Assembly: GCA_051294905.1 (NCBI GenBank)
Contig: CM119373.1
Span: forward strand, 2,854,001-2,918,000
DNA length: 64,000 nucleotides
Source of the DNA: Botryllus schlosseri
Taxonomy: Eukaryota
Reading direction: 5' to 3'
This document shows, piece after piece, positions 1 through 14,290 of the stretch. Within the stretch, counting starts at the first letter, position 1. Every line of letters starts with the position of its first letter. The translations under genes were made by a program, and so were the position numbers. The notes under the pieces were generated by a model, which was not told where the DNA came from, did no database searches, and saw only the letters and a program-made list of their open reading frames with translations.

Positions 1-679
1 TGAAAAGAGATCACTACGCCAGTGCCATCGATCTCATCGCGGAATGAATTTTCTTCCCGATCCTTTTCCAGGAGTTTCCTGTGTTCTCTCTCAACACATT
101 CTATTTAGTAGCCCGACCATCATTTCTCCTTCAGTCGACCGGTATATTTTCGGAAGACTTTTGTCATTTCAGGTAGCTTTAATATTGCTAACTCGCATGG
201 AAGAGTCCTGGGAAGGTTAGCTTGTTTGAGAACATTGACGCAACAAGACTGTCTGGCAAAACGAGACTATGCAGCTCAGAAATAGCCAGACAGTTTGTTG
301 CGTCACCATGTTCAACTCGATCACGATGCAAAAATCGTGGTTGATTTTGGGTATTCCAGTTCCATGAGCAGAATATAATTTATATTTTAATAATCAGTAC
401 TGCGGCAGCTTCTCATTGATACCCGTTTTATCAAAGTTAGCGCTCGACAAGCCGGTCAAAAATGGTTGTAAAATTGCCTTTGGACAAATGGAAAGTATGA
501 CATAAACCAAATGCAGTCAGCGGTTCAATCTCGCTGTACCCACACCATTTAGGACACCATGCTTTCACCCCTAATGGGTGGGCTGGACCCAGATTAAGAA
601 ACCTGCCTTTCATAAACGCTCTTCTCGCTTGTAAAGCGGTCCTGTTAACACAACACCACGAACGAAATGCACTATTTGG

Positions 680-794
680 CAGGCCGTGTTATTTTTGGCA
701 TATGCCAAAAATTGCTTATTTTTGGCATTTTCAAATTTTTGTTTTTGGCAGTTTTGGCATCTGGCTCCTGAAATGCCAAAAATAACACGGCCTG
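680..794. mobile_element. 115-bp near-palindromic MITE (hAT-like TIR CAGGCCGTGTTATTTTTGGCA)
   Basis: Terminal inverted repeats caggccgtgttatttttggca...tgccaaaaataacacggcctg; same termini as the longer element at 37004-38178; no clean TSD. Confidence 0.7.
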
Positions 795-800
795 CCTATA

Positions 801-1680
801 GGGCTCGCATGAACCCCGGTTGAGAACCAAAAACTTAGTAGTATGATGAGCATTGGTTGGTTTGGATTTTTTCCTGATTTAAATTCTCGGAATCGCCTAA
901 TAAATATAGTCGCCGTATCATGAACACTGGGAGCAAACACGACATTGTGTCTCTATAGATGTTAAATTGACACGCGCCGCACATGGTCTTTTCGGCACCC
1001 TTTCATCTGTTGATTGCGACATTCTGTGTCTTGATTATCGCATTGTTCGTGTGAATGAAAATAATAGCATCCCTGGTTGCATATTCTTTCCGAAATTGGG
1101 TCTCGATAGAACAGTACCCACTAAATGATTTTGTAAAAATACTGTACCGGGAATTCCAAGCGAGTTCTTCCCGAAAAGCAACAGAATGGACGATATCCAG
1201 TGGGCTAACATCACGGATGTAATTTAATTTCTTGTCGAAAAATAAACAATTTATTGGTTTTAGTTCATTCTGAAAATATCGTACACTTAATATAAACGCA
1301 GTGTAGATTCCTTGTGTTTGTAATTAAGTCCAGCAAAATCGAGTGCTGCTCCCGTGATTTGACTCTTAATCGACTGGTTTGCGTCGAGTCCAGTATTGTA
1401 GTATCGCTTATCATGATGTCATAACAGTATGGAAGACGTGGAAAGCTTTAGCATACGCGACCACAAAGAATGCAATTCCAGTTTTACATCACATTAAAGA
1501 ATATTTGGTAAATTTCAACCATGCCTATTTCATTGCACTTTCTGCAAATGATATGAATTGATCACGAGTTTACAGATATGACATTACCACCAACGTACGT
1601 AACTTTGTACTACTACACTAACTACAGGATTTGTATGCTTCAGTACGACCAATCGAGGTTTCAAGGCTTCCACAGTAGAC
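801..1680 (+). repeat. Duplicated block X, copy 1
   Basis: Alignable by eye to 27553-28710 and 61260-62050 (gggctcg(c/t)atgaacc...gtatgatgagcattg...atcatgaacactggga...). Confidence 0.85.
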
Positions 1681-2414
1681 CTGTACCTCCAGCTCCGAAT
1701 CCTACTATTTCCGCATAGATGTTTTATACACATATGCATATATAGCTACCTACCTTATTCCAAGATATACGATGATTCTCAAAAAACAACGTGCAGCATA
1801 TTCAAGTATTTGAAGTGTTGCGTCTACGGCAAGATATTGCTTAACAAAGCAGTAGTTCTAACTGTGGCATATTTGTATTACGTCTAAGTAGTAGTGTTAA
1901 CTTCCGCGTTGTGATGAATAGCGAGTGCGAATGGTTGCACTAGTGACTTAATGTAAATGACAGTCATTGATGCTGGGCAGCTGGCACAGTTTGAAACTCT
2001 GCCAATCATTCCAATGCATATGCGTAAACGTAATGTAATCCACACTATACCACATGGCCATCAATTCAGAGGCCGCCAGCGGGCATTGGTCGATATACAT
2101 TGAACGATCACGCTTCCACGAGCAAGCTGTATTTCAAATGAAATGGCAGTAGTTCTGCATTATATTTTAAACAAATTCAATGCAATCCCCAATGCAACTC
2201 ATCGGTCGTCGCTAAGCAAATTACGGTCCCTCCCACATGCAATTCAATTGAACGTTGATAATCCAGTATATAAGTTGTCTGATATGATACATGCATTTGA
2301 ATAAATTCAATGTGGCAAGTTGTGAACCAATGTGTACCAATATGATTACAGACTGACAACTATCTAACATTTATTCTCTCCCTTGACCGCGACGAGAAGG
2401 TGTAACAGTGAAGG

Positions 2415-3760
2415 AATGTGTGCAAGAAATTTAGCAAATGGACGAAGTCACGCGTCACGTCGGTATCACACAGATCGATAAAATCGCATATACTTTTTTC
2501 GTGAAAGTATTTTAGATGCAGTTTCAATAATGGCCGCTCGGCTATGCTGGTGCGGTATCTTCGATCAGCTGATTGCTATTTGTTAGTTACAATACACGTT
2601 ACGTATGGAAATAACCATGGCTGAAACTCTTCACAGATCTTAGACACACTATGAAACCAGGAATATTATTATCATTGCAGCGGAAGTGAAATTACTTAGC
2701 GGGTTGTATAGTAAATAAGCAGCTGAGACTTCTTGATGTTAATATTAATTAAAGAAATGGAATTTTTATATATAATAGGACAACTAAAATCATATGCAAC
2801 AATAGCTTGTCCAGCAAAACCAGCAATAATTTATTTTTTCATTTTCAATTTAGGCCAAACGGGTTGTTTGATTGAATGGCCGCTACAGGTCGTCTCGGTT
2901 CCATCCTATCGAGTCATTTAACCGCAATCTGATGATGTGGTGAAATTATTATTGAATAAATATGCCAAAACGTCATCGCGAACGCTTCGTCCACCTAGTT
3001 CGGCCAAGTCACGGTCGGATCACGCCTGGTCACGGAAACACGGTCGGTTTGTACAACGTATGCGTCACGGCCTTTCGGTCGTACATGTACCGATCTCGGA
3101 AACGAAGGAAATGAAACGATCAATTAGTTTTCAGACAAATTCGGACAAAGACATTTCTTCGCTTAATTCGTCTAAAAGTGAGCGGAACGACACTGATCTC
3201 ACTAATCGGAATCGACTGTATATGTAAGACGATGAAAGGAAAGTTACTGTCCACTTTAGTTTGATGACTTGCAGCACAATACTGTGTTTGTAACACGCCT
3301 CTGCAAATCATTCATTTCGTAAATCTGGACGTCAACTTTCAAGTAACGATTGTAAGCAATCATTACCTTCTCAAATTTCTGATTCCAACTTCCTGCAAAC
3401 GCAGCAACGTCTTCTTTGCTTCTTTCGTCGCTATACTTCAACGGTAGAATAGCCTACAGCATATACCTTGAATAATAGCCTATCTGTTTTGCTTTAGTAG
3501 TCAGCCCCTATTTGTATATACGAGTATATGTTATATTTCCGCGTTGCTATGACTATTTGTAAAGTGGAATATGGGTGCATTAAAAGTCAGTCACACATCA
3601 AAATCGTGGACGTAGGTATTACGGAAATAGGACATCAGGTATTTTCAGCTTTTGTGCTCCCAGCGACAATGATTTAGAACGATTTTTTGATTTAATGTTT
3701 ATTCAGCAGTAGCCTAACTGTCACACATGAAATCATCTTGTTATCGCATTCGTACTGCGA
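2415..3760 (+). repeat. Duplicated block Y, copy 1
   Basis: Collinear, highly similar to 31303-32645 (cgcgtcacgtcggtatcacacagatcgat ... ggaatatgggtgcattaaaagtca). Confidence 0.9.
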
Positions 3761-4879
3761 AATTCAGTACAATTTGAAAGCATGCATACAAAATACTACT
3801 TAATATCCCAGCAATGAGATGTTGATATGTATATCCCCTACACCTGTGATACTCAAAGGGGCACTGCACTCTAAAAATGATGTGGTCTTGAATTGAAGTG
3901 CAAAACGAAAAAAAAATGTTGGGCGCGGCCATTTTCTTCAGAACGACACCGTGATGGAGCTGCAATTTGTTGAAATTTCGACAGGGGTTTCCCGCTCCAG
4001 CAGTCACGCAGGGATCGAACTTTATATAGTTGTCAGCCGCTGTTATGAAGGAAATATGTCGTACACGCCAAGGGAGTTTAGATACCGCGGTCAGCGGAAG
4101 ATGTCCAGTCAGGAGAATTATGTAAAAATCGGGCCTAGTGTATTCTATTTCTTTAGGACAGAAATAGATCGTGCCCTATTCTTATGTATAAAACATTGTT
4201 ATACATGACCCATGTAGTACATTATTATAGACTACTGTTGCACGAAATTAACTGTACATCAACATGTTGTACGAATACAACCATTAAAATAGGATTTTCG
4301 CCCAAATCGAAAACACTGCGATAAATACTTATTGCTAATCAGTTGCTCCCTTCAAATTTCAGTTCAGAAATGTGAGGCTTCACCTTGGAAAGTGACATCG
4401 TATTGTTCGGTCCAAAGGCAACAGTCTGATACCCATTCGTTGATTCATTGCAAATGAACTTTTAAATATTGGAGACGGGTTTCCATTTCGCACTCCAATA
4501 TCTCCTGCCTATGCCACTGCACATTACTTCCCACCACCACAACGATTCACGATTCGACTATCGGTCCCGTCATTAATTGCCTGCAATGCAACCCATGGCG
4601 GCGAAGTCTAACGTATCATCAAAATCATATGTATGATTTGATTGTGTGTCTTTACTTCCAGTGAACCCTTGGTACTGGCTCAGGCAACACCTGGTGTTCC
4701 AGGTAAGACTTCTTAAGAACCTAGAAGATCAGTGCCAGTTTTCGCGCGATGCAGCCTTTTACCGCTGGACTATAGCATAAACTGGCAGACCCAATTTAAG
4801 TAAATCACGTCTGCGGTTCTGGCTATGCACCAAGAGCAGCAGGCTGCAAAGTAAAAGGATGCTGCACAGTGCACATTGC

Positions 4880-5210
4880 ACACAGCATGGAGAGATGGCT
4901 ATTTATGGTTGTGCCTGAAACGTTATCTTACTATTGGTGTTTCGATTGTGATCTGTGAAAGGAGGTCCTCAACATGATAAAGTATTTACGTTCAACGATG
5001 AATGATGATCGCCTATAAGTAAACGATTGGTGTCTCAGCTGTGGATCATACCACTTCGCTATCTCGCCACACATGTGAGTACAGTGTGGTTATGGTCTAT
5101 CAAGCGTCATTACAGAGTTAGGTTGTCCAGGGTGACAGAGACTTGGCGCGCACGAAGCCGGACTACAGAAAACAATTTAACGCCAATCCATCATCATTGG
5201 GACAAATATC
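4880..5210 (+). repeat. Duplicated block Z, copy 1, starting with a decayed hAT transposase C-terminal fragment
   Basis: Matches 33240-33380 and 33845-34010. Confidence 0.75.
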
Positions 5211-5539
5211 CTTAAATTATCAAATATCATCACTACTCTTCTAGTTTATTGTAATGCACATCGATTTACTTGAAATAATACTGGACCCTGGATCTGCCAA
5301 TGCGTCAGAACTGATATTTTAGTCATCATAATCGCAAGTGTCGCGGCCAGACTAATCATATTTTTGGTTGGCCTTGCAAGTTCACAATCTGAGCAATTCA
5401 ATTTCGATAATATAACAGGATTTCGATAATATAATGGGAAATTAGCTCGCGGGCTATTCAAAACCTTCTCGCGGGCCACATATAGTCCACAGGCCGCGGG
5501 TTGCCCACCCCAGATATACACAGGCACCTTCGATAGTTT

Positions 5540-5680
5540 TCAGAGCTGGAGCCGGAGCTGGAGCCGGAGCAGTGGTAATAATGCGACTCTGAAGCTGGAG
5601 CCGGAGCTAGTGTATGATAGGAGAAAGCTCCGGAGCCAGAGCTGGAGCAATGCATATTTACGGCTGCTCCAAAGCCCTGG
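5540..5680. mobile_element. MITE end with GGAGCC/GGAGCT subterminal repeats
   Basis: Repeated gagccg/gagctg units ending in agccctg; related sequence at 46490-46650. Confidence 0.55.
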
Positions 5681-5686
5681 TTATAA

Positions 5687-7970
5687 CCAGGGCCGAAGCC
5701 GCATTTTTCAGCCCTCTCCCTCCCAAATAAACACTGATCTTGGGCCCATCGCAGGGTAATCGATGCAACTTCTGGGGCTTACTATATGTATCTGGTCGTA
5801 ATATGATTTGAATGAATTATGCCAATAATATTGGTTCTTTCATATATTACTAAATAACTTGATCCCCTCACCGCCAACGTGATCACAGTTAGTGGTAGAG
5901 CTGGTGAAGGATGATGACTTCGAAAGTGCAAGGAGCGTAAATTGTACATCGTTAAGTCCTGTTCATCTCACACCGCACATACGGTGGTTTCCAATCGTTT
6001 ATGGTCATGACGTCATTTCCAATTTGAAAATGTTCCGTAGTCCAGCTCAAAATTTGATAAGCTGATTACTAATTAAAGGTCGACACATTTGCCAAGACTT
6101 ACTCACGGCCTATTCAGCAAGCTGATTACGTCCAACATCTTCTCGAACTACAGAATAAAGTCCAACTTCCTAGTCCCATGTTCAGAACCACTATATCTTT
6201 GAATAAAGCATCCAAACGGCCTAAACCGACTCTACAAACATACCGCTATCTGGTAATTACGATAACAATTAGACTTATTTCTGTAAACGAATGTTATTTT
6301 TATTTATTTTTGATCGCAGTTTTTGCGAGGGTGGTAGTCTCCAATGTTCCCTCTAAGCTGCGCACGTGCGCAAATGCGCTGTGCTGAAACAGTCTATGCG
6401 CACAGAAAATTTAAGCTGCGCACAGAAATTAAATCTGCGCACAAAAAATCCGAAGTGATTTTATTTAGTCGTTGCGCACTGTTTTCCTAGGGACCACGCA
6501 AACTCGTGAAAAATTAGAGAGAACATTGCAAGGGGCAAATAGTGTTATCGCTGCAGTGTGAAACTGAGGTACGAGTGCGGCCCGCAAAGGTAAATATTGC
6601 GATCGATTTGCAATCACGTGCATCTCACGAAGACGATTTTTCTCTTATAGTAGGGTCTCGTACGCGTGAGCGATACTGGTATCGCTTCAATAGCGCATTG
6701 TTTTCTGGGAATTGCGAAATACCATGGTTTAACAAAGTTGGGCTAGCTCGAAGTTAATCTGCGAGAAACTAACGAATAGTCTTCTCCGCGTGTCATAAAC
6801 ATTGCGTAAGATTTACTCAGGACCGTAACTGCCGCACCCCAAACCCCCCAATTGGAGGGGCCGAGCTCGAAGGGGGCCCAAAATTATTTCGTGAATTAAC
6901 ATAAATCATGATGTATTTTTTTGGAACTTTTCAAAAAACTTCGCGCCTTGCGCGATTTAGTTTTGTCAAATATCTTGATGATTGGGTATCCGCTCCCCAA
7001 TAACAAAATGTACGGATGATTTATATAAATGGGCACTTGGGCGTCGGCTATTACCGCGCCACGGCGCACCAAGACATATGAAGTTAAAGCTATGTAACAT
7101 GCGACACCGAGAAGTGCGCCAGAACGATCAGCAGCGAGAGAACCTTGACCGAAAAGGACTTCCCTTGTGATAACCGAAAACTTCGATATATATAAATATA
7201 TATACTTAATTGTCCATAGGCGCCTAAATGGCTGGCACTGAATGTTCCTGTTCTGGCGATCTAACTCCCACAACCAGACAAATGCCATATCGAGGGAACA
7301 TTATTTGCCAGTACAGAAATACCAATTTGAAATGGTGTACGTCCTATAGTTTAGTACGTTTGGGCGACTTCAATATCTTTTTATATAGCAGATAAGAGGT
7401 CACGAAATAGCATAATGTAACGAAGTCGGTAGGCCTATACCCAATTTGATAGGAATATATATGCAATTCCCGATCATATTGACCGATTGAATCATGAATT
7501 ATAAAAAAAATTCGCGCTTCGCGCGTTTAGGCGAAAGAACCACTGAACGGACAACCCAATGTAGACGATAAGTACCGCCCAAAAGCTCAGAGCCCGATGG
7601 GGGTCTGGGGAGCGAAGCCCCTAGAAGTTCGATTTATCACCCTATGGGGGCCTGGTTGCGCACTGTTGTCGAAAGGCCTGCGCAGTGAGTTGGCGTGTTT
7701 GCGCAGACTCGTGAAAAATTCGAGGGAACATTGGTAGTTTCCATATCAAAACCAAAATATGGGATACCAAATCGCGCATAGCGCTAAGAAAAATTTCATG
7801 TAGCATAAATATGCCCAAAATTATTATCAGTTAGGAAAAAAATATAAATTAACTTCAAAATTCCGGACATTTAGGCATATTTTAGAAATTCCTCCCGGAC
7901 GCAGGCTTTAACAGTGAAATTTCGGACATGTCCGGGAAATTCCGGACGTATGACAAGTGGCAACCCTACT
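5687..7970 (+). repeat. Duplicated block W, copy 1 (interrupted by MITE 6342-7733)
   Basis: 5687-6341 plus 7734-7970 align contiguously to 41437-42350. Confidence 0.85.
6342..7733. mobile_element. Non-autonomous hAT-type element
   Basis: TIR caatgttccctc...gagggaacattg; 8-bp TSD gtagtctc/gtagtttc; empty site in the paralogous block at about 42116. Confidence 0.85.
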
Positions 7971-8530
7971 CTTATCAAGAGCAACCGGCACGATATAGGA
8001 TGCAGAACAGAGACGGATTCAAAACCAAATGGCGAATGGTGACGCAATAATGGAAATTTGTAAATAACATGAATGGAAATTCGATCATAGCAACAATGCA
8101 GCGTGTTGCAATGCTGATTAGAATTTGAATTACTGAATTCGCAAAAACTGAATGAATACAGCAGAAATCAGTTCATATCAAGTCACAGTGCGTTCCCATA
8201 ACCATAAAAATGGTTAATGTCTGTACAGTGTACACCCAAGCTTGGCTCGGTTTTTACTATGCCAGGGGTCACCGCAATCGCCGCCGGCGATTTGATTGGA
8301 AATTTGGGAAATCCGCGAAATCAAGTATTTTGAGATGCTAAAAATTATTTCAGTTTCAAACTATTGTTGCTGTTTCAAAATAAGGTATTCCCCCGTGACT
8401 AACAACATTATTCAACACTAGCTGAAACGGTTTCGGCGATGGCAACAGCATTCCATCGATGGGGAGTCTTCTGATATCAATTCAGCAAGTAAAATCAAGT
8501 TGTTGAATTGATTGCATAGGGTAGGAACTA

Positions 8531-9514
8531 TAGGAATGATGTGAACTAGAGGTTCACGTTCGAGTTCTCTGTGCGTGAACCTCAGAAATTTAGAGGTTCG
8601 CGTCCACATACGGACCGTGGTAGGTTCTGAACTGTGAACCTGTTTCATATATTACAAATTTCACTTCATTAAAACATCTTTGGTTGAAATTTATTGTATT
8701 TCAACTGCGGGTCACTCTATACATGACGCTGGCAGCGTAAAACATTCAACACTTAACGAGCATCCAACTTAACAGTCTCAAAAATTTTACTTGCTTTGTT
8801 ACAAAAGTCTGCTTGAAATATCCAGCTTTCCGTTTATGAATATTTTGTGATTCGTTTCTGTTGTGAGCTTAAACACAATCACACAACATCAAGAGCGAAA
8901 TACACTACATGTAGGTAGTCAGAGAATGAGTGCGAATGAGTGGTATTCAGCCATTAAATGAAATTGATATCGTTGTTTGATGTAAAAAAATCTAGTAAGC
9001 GTACGTGGTCAATCTTAACGTCATATGTTTATAGTATCATTAAAAACCACATTCGTGCGACTGGGGTGTTTACTAATTCTGTAGGCTACTTCTTTCAATG
9101 GGGTAATATCGCTACCAAGCATAGAAACCCGATTTGCACTCAGCTCAATATCAACGTAGCAATTATCAGACGCCGAATACATTGTCCGGTCTGGCCTAGA
9201 CTGTTAATGCGTAAGCTTATTTTTCCTCGCAAGTCGTCGTCAAAATTGTTGGCAAACGACGGAAGATAGGGATTATTGTGTCATTTGATTGCCCAAGTTG
9301 ATACATTTGGCGACGTTTTAAAATATCAATACGTACGTCAGCATTGTGGCAATATGTGGTCCGAGTCGTCGCGAGGCATCGTGGAGGTCTACAATAATAT
9401 AGGTTATCAGTTCACTGAAATGTAGGGCTGGAACTAGCAATATGACATCACGTGACGTCTTGAGGTTCGCGTTCGCGTTCACACAGAACCTTTTCGAGAT
9501 TCACACCATCCGTA
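8531..9514. mobile_element. Non-autonomous hAT-type element (TAGG...GTGAAC family)
   Basis: TIR taggaatgatgtgaac...ttcacaccatccgta, flanked by direct repeat gtaggaac(ta); same family as 18064-19723. Confidence 0.8.
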
Positions 9515-10109
9515 GTAGGAACTAGAAACTTTAGCTTTGATTTGAAACAGTTTAGCTTGTATTGCGGTTAGCTTGAGTGCGCATGTGTAAGGCTTGGATT
9601 AGCTTTGGTCACCTGTTTTGAGCCACACACTATCATGACAATCGGTATTTTGAATTTCTGTTCTGAATCTGACACTTCCTGTTCAGACTAATGCAATTTT
9701 TAACGCGAACTAGATGCGTGATAGATATCCTGGCTGTATTGATTGTTATTGCATGCCTGCCACCTGAGTCTGCATACCTGACCATCATTTCCCGAATCCG
9801 TAATTTTCCCGGGGGAACCTGTTTCAGTATCCTCTTCTAGAAACATTTAGATATGTTGTACAGTTCACCTGCACTATCAATTCGACCGAATACTTTATTG
9901 GTTTGCAAATACGGACTCAGCATATAAAAGTCATCTTATAAACTATGAAAAATAAACTTTGTTTAAGTCCGACATCTATAATGTCACGGTAATGAAGAAA
10001 AAACTTACCTATATCAACATTTAAATATTCAATAAACACTCACAAAATATACCAGAAAAAGATCAATGTCATGTACAACTAAAATTGTGTTCGTTCACTA
10101 TACGTTAAG

Positions 10110-10955
10110 ATATTGTAGAAACAGCATATTCAGCCACTCATTTATACGTATTGTTCACCGTAGATATAGAAATTGCTGTAAATAAATTATTATAGATGAT
10201 ACACAACGTATAACCATTCACCAATACTTGTGTATGTGTCAGCATATAATATCAATGTCTTGATACCAGCACCACAGAGTGCTCATTGTGACTCCCAAAT
10301 ACCACGTTATAGCGATAATTAGAGATGTGTATTGTGTATATATTATTGCTATACGTTGCTATGTTTACCTGGTTATCTTGACGCCTAATTAGTTGTTTGC
10401 AATATTTTGCTTAAATTAGATTCGGTGTTTCATCGGTGTCTAGTCTACAAAACTTATAGTTGAAGAGAAAACAATCCTGCTATTGATATCATTACATAAA
10501 ATATATGAGTTCTCATATCGCATGTTAAAAGCCCTATACTTAACACTAGAAATTATTATCAGTTTCTCCGGCTGCAAGGTTTTCATTGGCTACACAATTC
10601 TGGGTTAATTGCGTTGGCGGAAAGCTCCTGCCAGCATGTGCAGTTATAGTAATTATAATATTTAAATTACCTAATTCAATTATAGAAATTACCAGAATGG
10701 AGTGATTGGATTATAGTGGAGAACTATCGAAGTATTTCCATCACAAGAAGTCATCGGAACCACATCTCCGTACTCAGCACACATTTTAGCGTATAATTTT
10801 GCCTCCTCGCCACCAATGTGATGAATAATAACGACCTATATAATTTTGAGTCGAGTTTCTGCTTATGAATTTTGCATGGTAGAGAAGCCATATTCCGAAC
10901 AGATGATTGAATCTCTATACGTGAGACGATTAGCGTCTGTCATATTGAGACGTAC
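10110..10955 (+). repeat. Duplicated block V, copy 1 (downstream flank of locus A)
   Basis: Aligns to 36050-37003 plus 38179-38315. Confidence 0.8.
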
Positions 10956-10977
10956 GCTGTACTCGCTGTTCATGGTT

Positions 10978-11185
10978 TCATGGAGCCCAACACAACACCC
11001 CGTCTGCCGTTGGAGTTTGCGATGTCTCTATCCATTTACATTCTTTTGTTCTCCATACCTGACTATCCGTCCCATCATCATCGGTCTCTCGTTCAATATA
11101 CATCTTTCTCCCGGTATTTGTTTCATGTCTCTGAAAAGAGATTGTATTGCCAATCAATTCTATATTTGGCGTGTCATCGTTGTAC
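10978..11185 (-). CDS. Candidate terminal exon, possibly the C-terminal half of the C-type lectin-like domain
   Basis: tacAG acceptor, then open frame YNDDTPNIELIGN...QVWRTKECKWIETSQTPTADGVLCWAP*; the ending resembles a lectin last strand (GVLC). The acceptor is phase 2 while the upstream lectin exon ends in phase 0, so the link is unresolved. Confidence 0.35.
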
Positions 11186-11193
11186 CTGTAACT

Positions 11194-12010
11194 ACACACA
11201 GTGTAGCCCAGACGTCTCAAACACGCGGCCCGCGAGAACATTTTGTGCGGCACGCGACGGTATTTTCGAATTTCAAGTATTCGACAATGCATTCGTGTGT
11301 CATATATCTCTTTAGGTATGAGAACGTAATGTTCACCGTGAAACTACTATAAAATTCACCGAAATCTCAACAAACTTCACATCTGTGAGCAGCGATCCGT
11401 TCAGATTTACTAATTCCACTTTCGGATCAGTGCCAGGACATACAATGCGGACAGCATCATAACCAAGTTATCTTCAAACACGCTTCCACAACGAATCTAC
11501 CTAAGGCACGCGGGAATCGTTTTTTTATAAGCACATCACAGAAATAATTGAAACTGGATTGGCCAATCTGAAATCACACTAGTGATCCGAATTACGACAC
11601 ACAGTGTAGCCCAGAGGTCTCAAACACGCTGCCCGCGAGAACATTTTGTGCAGCCCGCGACGGCAATTTCGAATTTCAAGTATTCGACAATGCATTCGTG
11701 TGTCATATATCTCTTTAGGTATGAGAACGTAATGTTCACCGTGAAACTACTATAAAATTCACTGAAATCTCAACAAACTTCACTATCACATCACTTTCAA
11801 AAGCTACCGTGAGGTAGAAGATCAGTTCTTACGTCACATTTCTAGTTCATGAAGATAAAACATGACCCGGTGATGATTCGTGATTGTTTTTTTTTCGTGT
11901 CAAGCGTGAGTAGTACGATAGTGAATTACATTTTCACGATGTTTGTGGAATGCCCGCGTGCAACTGCAAGGTCCCGTCAAATAATGCCTACTTGGAATAG
12001 GCAGCGTAAT
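11194..12010. mobile_element. Truncated copy of the CAGAGGTCTCAAAC MITE with its left end tandemly duplicated (period 403 bp)
   Basis: acacacagtgtagcc plus MITE start occurs at 11194 and again at 11597; internal sequence matches 15027-16403. Confidence 0.75.
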
Positions 12011-13428
12011 CGTGGCATATTACTGAACAGGCTTCAAAGTAAACGAATTTCCTGTTCATTTTATACAGTGTATGGTTTTCGTCATTCAAAAAGTAAGTTT
12101 TATGTTTTGAATTCGAAGAAACCTTTCGCGGGCCGCGCCGAATAGCTTCGCGGGCCGCATTTGGCCCGCGGGCCGCACTTTGCCCAGTTCTGTACTAGAC
12201 TATCATGGAATTATGCCTAGAGACCGATACGATCTGTGGAGAGGTAGTTCTCAACCGCCAGTCCGAGGCAAGTGCCCTCTCAGCCCACCAGATGTATTAG
12301 AATTTTATATCTCAATGCAAGAAGTTGGACGCTTGATCAATAATTTTTAGAGATATGAAACATCGTCAAATGTTAAATTATTTAGAAGTGTGAAACGTGC
12401 CTTTTGGTATATTGTCGCAATGGAGGATTTATGGTCTCCTCTGGGCGTGCTTTACAATAGTGCAAGTGTTACAAAATAGCCTACAATTCGTTTTGGACGA
12501 ACATATTATATAAATACTGCAGAGACATTTAAATAAACTTAATTCCGCATTTCCGCAATATATTAGACGTTAAGGCAAATAGCAAAGTCGCAATTCTTTC
12601 AAAGGATGCCGAATATTCACGATCAGTTTAGTGCAGTGCTCTTCAACATTCTTCGTCGTGGTGCACCCTTCTAAGGTTTACTCAAAACTCGTATCCCCTG
12701 ACCACATAATACAGCGATTCCATAGTAAGCCTAATCCTGGGGTGTTCAACCTATTTTGTTATTCACGGCAGCATTTCGATTACATGTGTAGCATATGCGG
12801 CCGCATGCAAGACCGTAACTGCCTCATTGGAAACCCACTAATTGGGGGTGGGCGAGCTCGAAGGATGTCCAATATTATTTCTGGAATTAAAATAATTCAT
12901 AAATTATTTTAATTTATGCAACTTTTGCAAAATTATTTTCACGCTCCGCCCGATTTAATATTGTCAAATATCTTGATTATTGGGTAGGCCTACCTTCTCC
13001 CAACAAACTTTACGTTTGATTTGTAGAAATGGGCATTTCGGCGTCGGCCACTACCGCGCCACGACGCACCAAGACATATAAAGATATAGGCCATGTAACA
13101 TGCGACTCCGAGAAGTGTGCCAGACCGATCAGCAGCGAGAAGCCCTTGGACGAAAATGACTGCCCTTATGCTGGCCGAGAACTTCGATATATATATATAC
13201 ATATATGTTTAATTGTTTAATTTTAGGTGATTGATTGATCGTCATTTCGACAACGTCATTTGCTCAACAGTTCATTGTAACGCATTCTGAAAGGTGCATT
13301 GCATGGATAGGATGAATAAACTGATACAATTAGTTTAATGTTCTTCGGAATAATTCCTTCGACACAAATGAATCAGTTCGGCTTTACCACGACCATTATT
13401 GGAGCAGTTTCAAATTATCTGAACTCAC

Positions 13429-13655
13429 CGATGCGGTCCATATTTCAATATCTAACGATGGCGAATACCAAGTCATGTCGTCCAAAAGCGAACACATGCG
13501 ATCTTTATCAACATTGTTGGGATTTGAAGTCGAAGTCGAAATTATAACTACTTCCGAGTTATTTTTTTCGCAAATTTCCCTCGCTTTTGTGAAATCAAGC
13601 GGTGTCCGCATTTTAATCCAGTAGCATTCTTCGGCTTCATAGATATCGCAAACTC
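13429..13655 (-). CDS. Locus A C-type lectin-like domain exon (N-terminal half)
   Basis: tttAG acceptor phase 1, GTGAGT donor phase 0; GVCDIYEAEECYWIKMRTPLDFTKAREICEKNNSEVVII...IEIWTAS has the CY..F..A..C and W-motif pattern of CTLDs. Confidence 0.75.
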
Positions 13656-13961
13656 CTAAATTTGTGTATATAAATAACAGAATTAGTAGAACAGCATAAC
13701 TTGAAAATGCTCAGGTACAATTTGAAAGTCCTCGAGATACACATCGTTTCGTTACATTTATTTATGGCTTCGCAATACAGAATGTGAATGCACTTCATAC
13801 ACTATATCCACTATATATTAGCTACGATTCAAGTCTTTTAGTGAATCCGAGCAGAATAGCCAATGTTATAATACACAATGTCACAATAATTACAGCGACT
13901 TCGACAATTCATAAATTAACTTTTCAAGAGGCAGTAGAAAAAGCAACAGCGACATTCTCAC

Positions 13962-14087
13962 CGCCGCAATCCCTCCCATAATATCCTTCACTGCATTTGC
14001 ACGAGTAATACGGCTGGATGTAATTGCTCATGTTCGAGCATGTTCCTCCATTTTTACAAGGATTCGGGTGGTGTTGACAGTATTTGA
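13962..14087 (-). CDS. Locus A EGF-like exon E11
   Basis: 126 nt, AG/GTGAGA, phase 1-1; KYCQHHPNPCKNGGTCSNMSNYIQPYYSCKCSEGYYGRDCG. Confidence 0.9.
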
Positions 14088-14170
14088 CTGTATGGAAACG
14101 AAGCGAAAAATATGCCTGAATATTTATTTTCGTTAACATAGTAAAAGAATCAACAGAGATATATACTTAC

Positions 14171-14290
14171 GGCCACAGTTCGTCCCATAATATCCGTCGT
14201 TGCAATCGCAGGTATGGTACGGTGAAGTTTCGATATTCACGCATGTCCCTCCATGTTGACAGGTATTCAGGTGGTGTTCACAGTATTGGT
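14171..14290 (-). CDS. Locus A EGF-like exon E10
   Basis: 120 nt, AG/GTAAGT, phase 1-1; QYCEHHLNTCQHGGTCVNIETSPYHTCDCNDGYYGTNCG (absent from ORF track). Confidence 0.9.

Noticed and set aside
3256..3441. Minus-strand ORF in block Y
   Set aside because: The paralogous copy (about 32150-32345) has several in-frame stops and no family is recognisable.
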